Shown: in pieces, positions 50,822 to 62,200 of the stretch
Numbering within the stretch: position 1 is the first letter of the stretch
Layout of the letters: each line of letters begins with the position of its first letter
DNA from: Octopus sinensis
Lineage: Eukaryota
Direction of reading: 5' to 3'
Assembly: GCF_006345805.1 (NCBI RefSeq)
Contig: NC_043006.1
Span: 66,402,001-66,466,000 of the forward strand
Length of the DNA stretch: 64,000 nt
Program-made: the position numbers and the translations under genes
Notes under the pieces: generated by a model
Database searches by the model: none
Seen by the model: the letters and a program-made list of their open reading frames with translations, nothing else
What the model was told of the DNA's origin: nothing

Positions 50822-51755
50822 TAAGACGCCTGACAGTATCCAATATCATGATGTTAATTGAAGATATTGTATTATACCGGGGTTTTGTACTGTTTATCAA
50901 GTCACAGCAAGGATCTCAAGAGGACAGTACTTTACGCAATATGCATGCAGGTCTAAGCAACGCTGATTTTTGCATTACACCTAGATTTTAGGATATTTCT
51001 AAAACTTCCAGATGTTTATTCTCAGGTTGGGTGGTATTGAACCCAATTCTCCGATGACAATAAGGACAAACTTTATGTTTGACTCTCGTAGCAACCACAT
51101 CTTGGCGATCTCAATTCTGAAGTCGCCATATTTATCCACTTTTTCTCTTTCTTTCATGATGATATGTTGATCTCCTGGCACTGCCACTTCAATTATTAGG
51201 CACTCTTACTTGCCCCCCCCCCCTAAAAATTACTATACCTGGCCTTCGGTGTTCTAATACCTTGTCTATCTGGACGTCAAACTCCCAAAGGATTTTTACC
51301 TTCGCCTTTTCATCCATTAGATTTTCTAGTGTATGTTGGTACCAAGCACCCTTTACCTCATATAAATACTTCCCGCATAGTAACCAGTGAAGGTTTTGGG
51401 CTACCTTGTCGTGTCTGTTGTTGTACTCTTTCTGCGCAAGACTTTCACAAACACTAACAATCTGAGGCACGCTTTCGACCCTCTCCCCACACGTTCTGCA
51501 GAGGTTGGTTGCACTTGTGTGCTATATATCCCTTTTCACTGAGTTGGTATTTAATGCCTGATCCTGGGCAGCGATGATTAGGCTTTCAGCCTTCTTTTTT
51601 TAGGTCACCGTTGCTGAGCCACCTCCACGATGTTTCCTGGTCTTTTTGCTATTTTCATAACGGAACTGACCATAAAATTCCATGCGGAGTAGGGTTTCTT
51701 CTCTCCCGTTAGCTATTCGTGATCGGAATTCATAAGCACTCTCAGGTCCATTTAT
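50822..51755 (-). mobile_element. R4/Dong-type LINE 3' fragment, decayed
   Basis: LCRTCGER..QIVSVC..EYNNRHDKVA..KILW..RRP..EKVDKY..ILRKVLSS*; flanked by (ATC)/(ATT)n. Confidence 0.85.
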
Positions 51756-51806
51756 CAATATTATTATTGTTGTTGTTGTTATTAGTATTATTATTATTAT
51801 CATGTT

Positions 51807-51849
<43 letters not shown>

Positions 51850-51891
51850 GTAACAACAACAACAACAACAACAACAACAATAATAATAATA

Positions 51892-51968
<77 letters not shown>

Positions 51969-52090
51969 GACGTCGCACAGTACTCAATATCGTGAGTTCG
52001 TTGATTGAAGATATTGTGTCTAGCGGGGATTTGTATTGTTTGTCAAGTCACAAGGCCTTCAGACAGACAGGACTTTACGCGATGTTAGGG
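51969..52090 (-). mobile_element. 3'-end-only stub of the same R4/Dong family
   Basis: Aligns with 50822-50950 (ttgaagatattgt..tcaagtcaca..actttacgc); abuts (TTA)n. Confidence 0.75.
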
Positions 52091-52131
52091 GCACGAACAC
52101 ATACACACACACGCACACACACACACACACT

Positions 52132-52162
<31 letters not shown>

Positions 52163-52199
52163 AGACACACACACACGCACACACACACACACACTTATA

Positions 52200-52372
52200 T
52201 ATATATATATGACGGGCTTCTTTCAGTTGCCGTCTACCAAATCCACGCACAAGGCTTTGGTCGGCTCGAGGATATAGTAGAAGACACTTGCCTAAGGTGC
52301 CACTCAGTGGTATTGAGCACGAACCCATGTGGTTGGTAAGCAAGCTACTTACCGCACAGCTACTACTACGCC
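52200..52372 (-). mobile_element. SINE family B, 5' half
   Basis: gacgggcttctttcagtt..gaacccatgtggttgg..cgcacagc on the + strand. Confidence 0.8.
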
Positions 52373-52399
52373 ATATTTATTTATATGAACTTGGAAACT

Positions 52400-52848
52400 A
52401 ATTGTCATCCTCAGGCCCCACTATCACACTTGTTTTTCATGTATTTTCTTACGGTATTGTTTCATTTTCTGTTTCCCTCCTTCTCTCTCCCTCTGTCTCT
52501 CTGTCCCTCCTTTTATCTTTCCTACTCCCCTTCCTTCTCCCACTATCACTATCTCTCCCTATTTCTCTGTCTGTCTGTCTGTCTCTCTCCTGTCATCTCC
52601 TGTCTCCTGTCCTCCATTTCTTCATCAAGTCCGTCGTCGCTTTCTCTCCTTCTCGCCAACTTTATCCCCTCGTCTTATCGTTATACTCTCTGCCTGTCTG
52701 TCTGTCTGTCTGTCTGCCTGCCTGCCTGTCTGTCTGTCTGTCTGTCTGTCTGCCTGTTTGTCTGCCTGCCTGCCTGTCTGTCTGTCGGTCTGTCTGCCTG
52801 CCTGTCAGCCTGTCTGTCTGCCTGTCTGTCTGCCTGTCTGTCTCATGC

Positions 52849-52879
<31 letters not shown>

Positions 52880-53715
52880 ACTTTCTGGCTGTCTCTCTTT
52901 CTCTGCCTGCCTGTCTGTCTAATTCTCTCTCTCCGTTTGTTTGGCTATGTGTACGTCTGTATATCCATCTCTCTCTCTCTTCATCCGTCTCTCCTTCTCT
53001 CAGTGTCACCCTCAATTTCCCGTTCTCCATTTTTTCATCAATTCCGCCGCTCCTCCCTCTTTGTTCCTCTCTTTCTCCCCGTCTCTCTCAGTCTCCATTT
53101 CTCTCTCCAGTTCTCTCTCTCTCTCCCCCTCTCTATCCTTATCCTACACATACATTCCATCCACTCTCTCACACCACTTCCATCGTCTTCAGTTTCATCA
53201 CTTTGCGTCTTCATGACTATTGCATCTCTCCCTCCTCATGCTCCACCCTCCCTTCTATTTCTCTATCTCTCTCACTCTGTCGTCTTGTATCTCTCTCTCT
53301 CTCACCTCTTCCTAGCTCTACCTCCTCCCTTCTCTCTCAGTCTCTTTTCCCATCTCCCTCAGTCTCTGTCGCTCTCTCAGTATCTCTTCCTCCAAACCTA
53401 TCTCTTTCTCTCTGCCCCCCTTTAATTGTCTGTCTCTATCTTTCGCCTACCGTCACACTCTCCCTTCGTGGATCTCACTCTTTCTCCCAGTTTTCTCTTC
53501 GTCTTAAAGCTTCTCTCGCTTCTTGTTTCATACCCCCTCCTTCTCTCCCTGTCGCTCTCCCTCTCTCCCAGTCTTTCTTCCCTCGCTTCATCTTTCCTAC
53601 TCTCCTTCCTCCTCCCACTATCACTATCTCTCTCCATTTTTCTGCCCTTCTCTTCTTCTCTTATACTCCCCCTCCTTCCCTCTCTGTCACTCTTACTCCT
53701 CCCCAGAGTCTCTGT
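52400..53715. repeat. ~1.3-kb pyrimidine-rich (CT/CTGT/CCTG) tract
   Basis: Strong strand asymmetry, visible directly. Confidence 0.85.
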
Positions 53716-54279
53716 CTCGCATGCGATGTCTACTGTGTTCAAATCACGCCGCCATTGAAGGTAAGGAGGCGTCAGACAGACGGTCTTAAATGAGATTAAC
53801 GCCAAAGTTGAAAAAGCACGAGATTAGCGGATTGAATTTAGGATGGGCGGTAGATGGGGGTTCGGGTGAGGTGGGTGGCATCGTGTCGGTAGGGGTAGGA
53901 GTGATAATGATGGCGGGGAGGTCTTTTGCTATTTAGAATTTCTGATACTTGTCTCACTTTGTCTCACTTTCAGCAAAAAAGTGCCACATTTTGAATTCCT
54001 AAGAGAAAGAAAGAAAGAACGAGTGGGAGAGAGAAAGCGAGAGAGAGAGAGAAAGAGGAGGAGGAGAAACAGGGTAAGAGAGAGAAGAGTGAGTTGTAGT
54101 AATAGTAAGAGAACAGACAGTGAAAGTTAAAGGAAGAGGAAACAGAAAGACAACCGAAGAAAATACGAGTCAATTAGGAGTTTACAGAGAAGAGAGAGAG
54201 AGGAGCAGAGGGAATGAGAATGGGCATGGAAGAGGAGGGGGAAAAAGAGAGATAGAGAACTAGAGTGAGAGAGAGAGAG

Positions 54280-54548
54280 ATAGAGAGTGAGAGTATGTGT
54301 CTGATAGAGAAAGAGTATGCGCGTGAGTGTGAAAGATAGACATTGCGTGTGTGCGTGTGTGTGTGTGTGAAAGAAGATAATGTGCGTGTGTGAAAAAGAG
54401 GACGTGAAAGAGAGAATGTGCGTGTGTCAGTTTGTGTGTATGTGTACGCGAGAAAGAGAGGGGGAAGAGAGATAGAGAGATAGAGAGTAAGAGCATGTGT
54501 CTGATAGAGAAAAGGTATGCGAGCGTGTGTGAAAGATAGACATTGCGT

Positions 54549-54590
<42 letters not shown>

Positions 54591-54715
54591 GTTTGAAAGA
54601 AGAGAATATGCGTATAGGAAAAAGAGGACGTGAAAGAGAGAATGTGTGTGTGTGTGTGTGTGTGTATGTGTGTGTGTGTGTCTATTTGTGTCTGGTTGTA
54701 CGCGAGAAAGAAAGG
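54280..54715. repeat. Tandem duplication, 200-bp period, within a purine-rich tract
   Basis: tagagagt(g/a)agag(t/c)atgtgtctgatagagaaa at 54281 and 54481. Confidence 0.8.
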
Positions 54716-55496
54716 GCGAGAGAGAGAAAGTGAGTGATTGAGAGAGACAAACAGACAGAAAGAGGAAGAGAGAGAGAGAGAGAGTGTGAGAGAGAGAGAG
54801 AGAGAGAGAGTAGCTAGAGGTTACCCTTTGTGACTGATCATCTTATAAAAATAAAATAGCCAAAGAGTTTGAATCAGTGAACAGATTGAGTTGAAGAATG
54901 ATCACATCATGCAATCTTTTGTGTTTGTATTAATTTTCCCCTCTGACGAAGGTTCCAGACCAATCTAGTAATCTGTAGTGAATTCTTACCACACGCACCA
55001 TTATTCATTCATACATCATCAGTCTCGAAATTTTCAATCTGATACTTACCGACATCTGCCAATTTCATTTCTCGCGTTTCTTCAACACTTCCATTAATAT
55101 TTTTTTTCACAAAAAAAAAAGCCGTAAATAAACCGATCAGAAAGTAATAACATCAACAATAACAACAACAAGAACAACTTAAATTAACTAAATTAACTGA
55201 ATTAATGTCCTTTCGCTGACATGCATCCAAATTGCTACTCGTAAATTTTATAAAAAGGGGAAAAAAAACCCTTAATAATGTATGAAATATTAATGAGCAG
55301 CACAGAATGTCGCATTATAAGCGGAAGAATTACATTGCTGTCGTTATTTGGCAAAATATCAAACTTCACGAAAAGACAAAAGCTTAAAAGTCCTCAGATA
55401 AGCAAAATCTGTGTAACCATGATCTTCATTACCATCGATATCATCATGTTACGTCATTATTTTTAGAGCCATCTAGGGCATTAATGATAATAAATG

Positions 55497-55730
55497 AAGG
55501 CGGCGAGCTGGCAGAAACGTTAGCACGCTGGGCGAAATGCGTAACCGTATTTCGTCTGCCGTTACGTTCTGAGTTCCTATTCCGCCGAGGCCGACTTTGC
55601 CTTTCATCCTTTCGGGGTCAATTAAATAAATACCAGTTGTGCACTGGGGTCGATATAATCGACTTAATCCGTTTGTCTGTCCTTGTTTGTCCCCAGTATG
55701 TTGAGCCCCTTATGGGCAATAAAGAAATAA
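55497..55730 (+). mobile_element. SINE family A, full monomer with tail type 1
   Basis: aaggcggcgagctggcagaaacg ... gagccccttatgggcaataaagaaataa. Confidence 0.9.
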
Positions 55731-55794
55731 ATAATAATATATGCCCTGATCTAATAACAATGCCTCGATGCAATTATAAATGCTCCAATGAAAA

Positions 55795-56345
55795 ACCAAA
55801 CAGTGGCTTTCATGGTTTCTGATCTTAACTGATTGGAAGTGTCATCATGTACGTTTTGTTTTGGTATAAAAGATGGACTACAGCAAATATTCTGTTCAAT
55901 TGCAATGATTTGCTTGTCAGTTGTTTGACTCTAACGAGTTGAGTATGCCCCTTGGTGGTTGACGATATGTGCATTTCTGATCACGAACAAAAGTAGTGGG
56001 GGAGCACCACAGCCATGCCCTGATGCAGTTCCAGGTAGTGACTCTCATGGCTTCTGATCTAAACTAATTGGAAGTGTTATCATGTACATTGCTTTGTCTT
56101 GGTATATAAAATGACCTACAGCAAATATTCTGCTCAAAACCACAGATTTGATTGTCAGTTGCTTGACCTGAATCAGTTGAGAATATCCCTTAATGGCTGA
56201 CGATATGTAGATTTTTTTATTATGAGCAGAAGTAGGGGAAGCATGAGTTTGGAGGGATTCCTTGGGGTTTGAATAATTCATCCATGGAGACATGGACGTT
56301 TCGTTAATCATCCTTAAACAATCTTTATCCAGGGACCTTTTGAGT
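55795..56345 (+). mobile_element. Two tandem 5'-partial copies of element D
   Basis: catggtttctgatcttaactgattggaagtg at ~55812 and a restart atgccctgatgcag at ~56014. Confidence 0.75.
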
Positions 56346-56417
56346 GAGTTGGCTACTCAACCTACAAAATTTGTGGTGTCTAGAGCTACAGGATCATGCA
56401 ATAATATTTTCTACTCT

Positions 56418-56685
56418 GGAAGGCGGTTTCCCGGTTTCCTTGGCATTTAGGTTCCCCATTTAGACGGGATGCCGGTCCGGCGAGGGTGAGCTGCAAGATG
56501 CAGGAGGAAAGAGTGAGAGAAAGTCATGGCGAAAGAGTCAGCAGAAGTTCGCCATTACCTTCTGACGGAGCTGCGTGGAGCTTAAGTGATTTGCTCATAA
56601 ACACACACATCACCCAGTCTGAGATTCGAACCCGCGATCCCTCGTCCGCGAGTCCGCTGCTCTAACAACTAGGCCATATGCCTCC
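56418..56685 (-). mobile_element. SINE family C variant
   Basis: Reverse complement of 41265-41572. Confidence 0.85.
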
Positions 56686-56712
56686 AGAAATTGTTGTGGA
56701 TAAACTAAAAGT

Positions 56713-57110
56713 CGCAGGTGTGACTGTGTGGCAAGAAGCTAGCTTCCCAACCACATGGTTTCGGTTTTAGCCCCACTTCTTGGCGACTTGGGCAGGTTTC
56801 TTTTACAATAGCCTCGGGCCGACCAAAGGCTTGTGGGTGGATTTGATACACGGAAACTGAAAAGAAGCCTCTTGTATTTGTATATATATATATGTGTGTA
56901 TGCGTGTGTATTTGTGCTTGTGCTTGTCCCCCCAACACCGGTTGACAACCGGTGTTGGTGTGTTTCTGACCGCGTAACTTAGCGGTTCGGCAAAAGAACT
57001 GATAGAATAAGTACCAGGCTTTTAAAAAAATTACTACCGGGGGTCAATTCATTCAACTAAAAATTCTTCAATACTGTTCCCCAGCATGGCCGCAGTCTAA
57101 TAGCTGACAC
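56713..57110 (+). mobile_element. SINE family B, full length
   Basis: gcaggtgtgactgtgtggcaagaagc..ccccagcatggccgcagtc. Confidence 0.85.
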
Positions 57111-57289
57111 TCTTAGCAACATGGTGGTTGAGTTGCTACGAATTTATTTATGATCTCATTTTACTAAAAACGGAGGTAACATCGTTAACAATTAAGGTAC
57201 AAGAAAACCTGTCCTGGGAACATATCCAATACGAAGGTGTTCCTGGCCTTGGATAAAAGAAAATACAAGAGGATAAGTCAGCTATGATT

Positions 57290-57440
57290 CTATTCAACAT
57301 GTACATTATTTACATTTGACAGATATTTGTCCTCATCTTGTTTGTTGTTAGCACAGCGTTTCGGCTGATATACCCTCCAACCTTCATCAGGTGTCTTGGG
57401 GAAATTTTGAACTTGTGTTCTCATTCCTAAGGTATTTTTT
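57290..57440 (-). mobile_element. Short repeat with a hammerhead-like core (family H1)
   Basis: gacac-CTGATGA-A-ggttgg/tcagcc-GAAA-CGCT-gtgc at 57351-57395. Confidence 0.6.
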
Positions 57441-57486
57441 GATGTTGTTGTTGTTGTTGTTATTATCATCATCATCATCATCATCA

Positions 57487-57560
<74 letters not shown>

Positions 57561-57563
<3 letters not shown>

Positions 57564-60500
57564 TAGTTTTATTTTTATAGCGTGCTTTCACTTCACTATC
57601 GAGCGCAGCTCTGTGTGCCTTAAGTATGTGCTGTGATTTGTTGTGATGCTCCGATGGTTATTGTATGGAAAGTGTTCTGCGTAGGATGTGTGCAGTGCCT
57701 AGTAGTGCAATTTTCTGTATGTTATATGTGTTTGTAAGTCCTGGTGTTTTTGTTATGTATTTGTCTGAATATTTTTTTATCATGCCTAATGCACCTACTA
57801 TGATAGGAATTGTTTCTGTTTTTAGATTCCACATTCTGGTTACCTCTATTTCCAGGTCTTTGTATTTTGAGAGTTTCTCCATTTCTTTTAGAGATACGTT
57901 GTCATCTGCCGGTATTGATACATCAATTAGAAAGCATTTTTTTTCTTCATGACCTCTGACAACTACATCTGGTCTGTTGGCCTTAATTTCTCTCTCTGTG
58001 TGTATCGGCATATCCCAGAGTATGGTTGCTTTCTCGTTTTCTGTGACATTTTTTGGTGTGTGCCTATACCATCTTTTTTCTGTTGTTATTCCATAATGTT
58101 GGCCTAGCTTCCAGTGTATGAAGGTTTCAACTCTGTCATGTCTGTGAATATATTCCTTCTTAGCCAGGACTGGGCAGCTAGAGATAATATGATTTATTGT
58201 TTCTTGTCCATCTCCACATATTCTGCAGTTACTTGTTATATTTCTTTTCATTACATGTTTTTGGTAATTTCTGGTGGGGAGGCTTTGGTCTTGTGCTGCA
58301 ATTAAAAATCCCTCTGTCTCTGCTTTGAGTCCTGAGCTTCTCAACCATTGCTGGGATTTTTCTTTGTCTATTTCTTTTGCGTTTAGTTTAGTCCAGTATT
58401 TACCATGAAGGGGCTTTTCTTGCCATCGTTTTATCATGGTTCTTTGCTGTTCTATTTTTAGTTTGGATTTCATTTGTTTTATAGCTTTTGTTGTTTCTTC
58501 ATCACCTTCTTCTTCTTCTTCTTCTTCTTCTTCTTCTTCTTCTTCTTCTTCTTCTTCTTCTTCTTCTTCTTCTTCTTCTTCTTCTTCTTCTCTTCTTCTT
58601 CTCTTCTTCATATTTATTAGGTGGTATGATTTCTTGTTTGTATTTGTCAGCTTCCTTAAATACTGAGAACAGTTTTTGTTTTGCTCGTGTTTTGCCGCTA
58701 TCTGGATCAGTTTTCCTTCCTTCTGAAGTAGATATTTTCGCAGTCCTATGGTGGTTATTTTATAGTAGTTTTCCAGCTGTATAAGGCCTCTACCACCTTC
58801 TATACGTTGTATATATAGTCTTTCTATGTCAGATTTTGGGTGATGCATCCTAGATCCTGTCATTATTTTTCTTGATTTCCTATCTATTTTGGTCAGTTCA
58901 TTTAGTGTCCAGTTAAGGATATTGTAGCTGTAACTTATAACTGGGACAGCTAAAGTGTTAATACCTATTATCTTGCTTTTAGCATTGAGCTCTGTTTTTA
59001 GTATTGATCTAACTCGTCTATAATATTCTTTTTTTATTTTCTCTTCCATTTGTGTGTGTGTTGTGTCTTATCTAGTTCATGGATTCCTAAGTATTTGTAA
59101 GTTTGGCTTTGGTCTAATTCTTTTATTTCATTGGTTTTATCTAGTGTGATGTTGCTACTCTTAACTAGTTTTCCTCTTTTCATGGTTACTTTGGCGCATT
59201 TTTCTAATCCAAATTTCATATCTATTTCTTTGGTAAATCCATGAACTGTCTTTGATAGTGTTTCCAGCTGTTTGTCATTTGCAGCGTATAGTTTTAGGTC
59301 ATCCATATATAAAAGGTGGCTGATCGTTTTGCCGTAACATTTATATCCGCATCCAGTTCTATTTAGCATATCAGCTAGAGGTGACAGTGCCAAGCAGAAA
59401 AGGAGTGGAGAGAGCGTGTCTCCCTGGAATATTCCTCTTCTAATGGGGATGGCTTTGGTTTTCATGAGTCCCTCTTTTGTTTGGAGTGTAGCACTGTTTG
59501 CCATTTATTCATAGAGTGCCCTATGAATTTTATGATTGTTGGTGCTACTTTGTTAATGGCTAGTGTTTCGAGGATCCATGCGTGGGGGATGCTATCAAAC
59601 GCCTTTTTGTAGTCGATCCAGGCCATACTGAGGCCTTTCTTCTTTCTGTGGCCGTCTTCAGTTATGGCTTTATTAATCATTAGTTGATCTTTACAGCCAT
59701 ATGAGCCTTTGCGGCATCCTTTCTGCTCTTCTGGAAACGGGTTGTTTTCGTCCAGGTGCTTGTTCAACCTTTGCGATATCACTGCAGTAAATGCCTTGTA
59801 CATTGTAGGGAGACAGGTTATTGGTCTGTAGTTTTCTGGCTTTGCTGTCTCATTTGATTTGGGAATTAAGATGGTTTTCCCCTTCGTGAGCCATTCAGGC
59901 ATTGTCTCTGGCTTTGCTAGTATGTTGTTAAAGTTTTCAGCCAGCTTTTTGGGCATTCCTGTTAGATATTTCAACCAGAAGTTGGGGATCTTGTCATGCC
60001 CAGGTGCCTTCCAGTTGCTTAGTCGTTGCAGTGCCTGGGTGACCTCTTCAGTTGTTATGAGGGTCCAAAGTTGCTCAGATGCTTAGTTTGTTGTTTTAAT
60101 ACTCCTTTTTTTTGGTTGTTCGTTCGCCGACCATATTTCTCTCCAAAATTCTTCCACTTCTGCCGTTGGTGCTGCAGTGATTTCTATTTTATTTTTGCCA
60201 AGTTCTTGGTAGAACTTTTTGGGGTTGGAGTTGAACTTTTTGTTTTGTTCAAAGAAGCGCTGGCGTTTCTCGTACCGGAGGATCCTTTGTGCTTTGGCAA
60301 GGATATCTTGCGTCAGCTTTTCTTTTATCTCAGGTAAATCTTTTTCTGTGATGTTATATTTGCGGAGTATTATTGTTTTCTTTTTGTTGCTCAGTAGCGT
60401 TGATTGTCTACTGATTTCATTAAGAATCGACAGATCTTTTCTCATTTTTTGTATTTTGTTTTGGATGTTATTTATCCACAGGGTTTGTTTGGGTGGTGGT

Positions 60501-61730
60501 ACTCCTGTTTGGATGGGTTTGAGTGAGAATCCAGATTCTTTTGTGGCTGCAGTGGCTGCTGCGTATACTAAGTCATTTAGCTCAGTGATATCGCTTTTTG
60601 TTTCAGTGGCTATTAGTTCCGTGACGGCTAGGTTTATGCTGTTTATAATTGGTGTTGTTGTTTCGTCTATTTTGATTTTTGGGAGGTATGGTCGGTGGTC
60701 CATTTTGAGCTCTGTGGTTTTCAGTTCTTTGATTATTTTATTTTTTATATTATCATAATCATTAGGCTCCCCTTCATCGTTTCCAGGTTTTACATTTGTG
60801 TCACTTTTTTTCACGTTCGTATGTTTGTTTGCCGTGTTTTGGCTTGCTGTTTGTCGTGTATTATTATGCATTTTTACGGTCTGGGTTTGTTGTTTTTTGT
60901 TTACATCGTGTTTGTTGGGAATGTTACGTTTGTCTTCGTGTTTTACTGTTTCAGTGTTTATATTATTGGGCATTGTTGTGTGGCTTCTATCTACATTTTC
61001 CTGATATACTTTTTCTTTTCGATGTTCTATTTCTATTTCTGATATTTTTTTGCGTTGGGAATGTATCTTCGTACGTTAGCTAGTTTATTAGGGTTCATTG
61101 TTGTATCCAAGTCTATATTTATATTATTTTCCTTCCATATTTTATATGTATGCGTTGTTGTGTTTTCATTTTTTGGGTAGAGTACTGCTGTGAAGTATGC
61201 GTGTAGGATAGAAATGTATTCCTCACGTGTCCATTTATGTCTTTTGGGTTTTATTTGCGGGACATGAGGAACAACGTCCGGCCCATTATTTTGACGGTCG
61301 TCATTTTCGTAGGGTACCGGTCCGTTCATTTCTGTTGTCACATTGTTTTGCACGTGTAGTTTTTCGTACATTTTGTGTCGTAAGTTTAAAGTACGTACCT
61401 CCCGATTGTTATTCTTGGGTTAAATAATATCGGTGGTATTTAATTTCTTCGTAGTTCCTTTGTACATGGTGTTTGGGGTCGGGGATGACCTGGTGTTGTT
61501 GGATCGTAATGTTTCACGCATGTTTACATGTGTTGCGTTAGAGGTGTAGATGATATCGAGTCAAAATACATCATTTCGTTTCGAAAATAGTAATAAATTT
61601 CAATGAGTATTACTTACTCCAATCCTTTGTTAGTAAATCTTTGGCTCCATACGATGTCCTTGTTTTCGATGTTTGTGGATAGATTTCGGAGCTCTGTTTT
61701 ATCGTTCTTACATCTTAAACGTCCCCGGTG
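57561..61730 (-). mobile_element. Near full-length R4/Dong-type LINE with several frameshifts
   Basis: N-terminal RHKWTREEY motif (61033-61371), 296-aa spacer ORF, WKAPGHDKIPNFWLK, ENYRPITCL, WIDYKKAFD, IFQGDTLSP, YMDDLKL, CRICG..HIISSC, RHD, RPDVVV..KY. 3' UTR runs into (AAT)n; 5' end abuts (GAA)n. Confidence 0.92.
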
Positions 61731-61804
61731 TTCTTCTTCTTCTTCTTCTTCTTCTTCTTCTTCTTCTTCTTCTTCTTCTTCTTCTTCTTCTTCTTCTTCT
61801 TCTT

Positions 61805-61835
<31 letters not shown>

Positions 61836-61843
61836 TTTTTTTG

Positions 61844-61953
61844 TCTTCTTTCAAATTGCTTCCATTTCTTGCCGAGTGTCTTCCCGACTCCTAGGGCAAA
61901 GAAAGGAGTCGGGAAGACACTCGGCAAGAAATGGAAGCAAATTTGAAAGAAGA
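61844..61953. repeat. Near-perfect inverted repeat, ~49-bp stem and 11-nt loop
   Basis: tcttctttcaaattgcttccatttcttgccgagtgtcttcccgactcct and its reverse complement at 61904-61953, differing by a 1-nt indel. Confidence 0.95.
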
Positions 61954-61962
61954 AAAAAAAAA

Positions 61963-61993
<31 letters not shown>

Positions 61994-62024
61994 GTTATTA
62001 TTCAGGTCCCTGAATGTAGAACAG

Positions 62025-62200
62025 TCTATTCAACATATTTCCCTCCTAGATTCACACACTTATTACAGCGGTCCTTCAGTTTTTCTAAGACCTGTGTAAG
62101 ACCTCTGAAGGTTGGGCCTCCCACCAGGCTTTTCGTGATACCTTTAAACATAGGAACGTTCAGCATCCCTACGTAAGTGTGAGATTTATTTATGGTTTTT
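62025..62200 (-). mobile_element. mariner transposase C-terminal remnant
   Basis: AWWEAQPSE then, after a frameshift, LEKLKDRCNKCVNLGGKYVE*, a typical mariner C-terminus. Confidence 0.6.

Noticed and set aside
54938-54985. cccct-CTGACGA-aggttcc as a hammerhead
   Set aside because: No GAAA or closing stem downstream; at best a remnant.
62006-62172. Apparent + strand exon (cag|GTCCCT..CTAC|GTAAGT, open frame)
   Set aside because: The opposite strand encodes a recognisable mariner transposase C-terminus, which explains the sequence.
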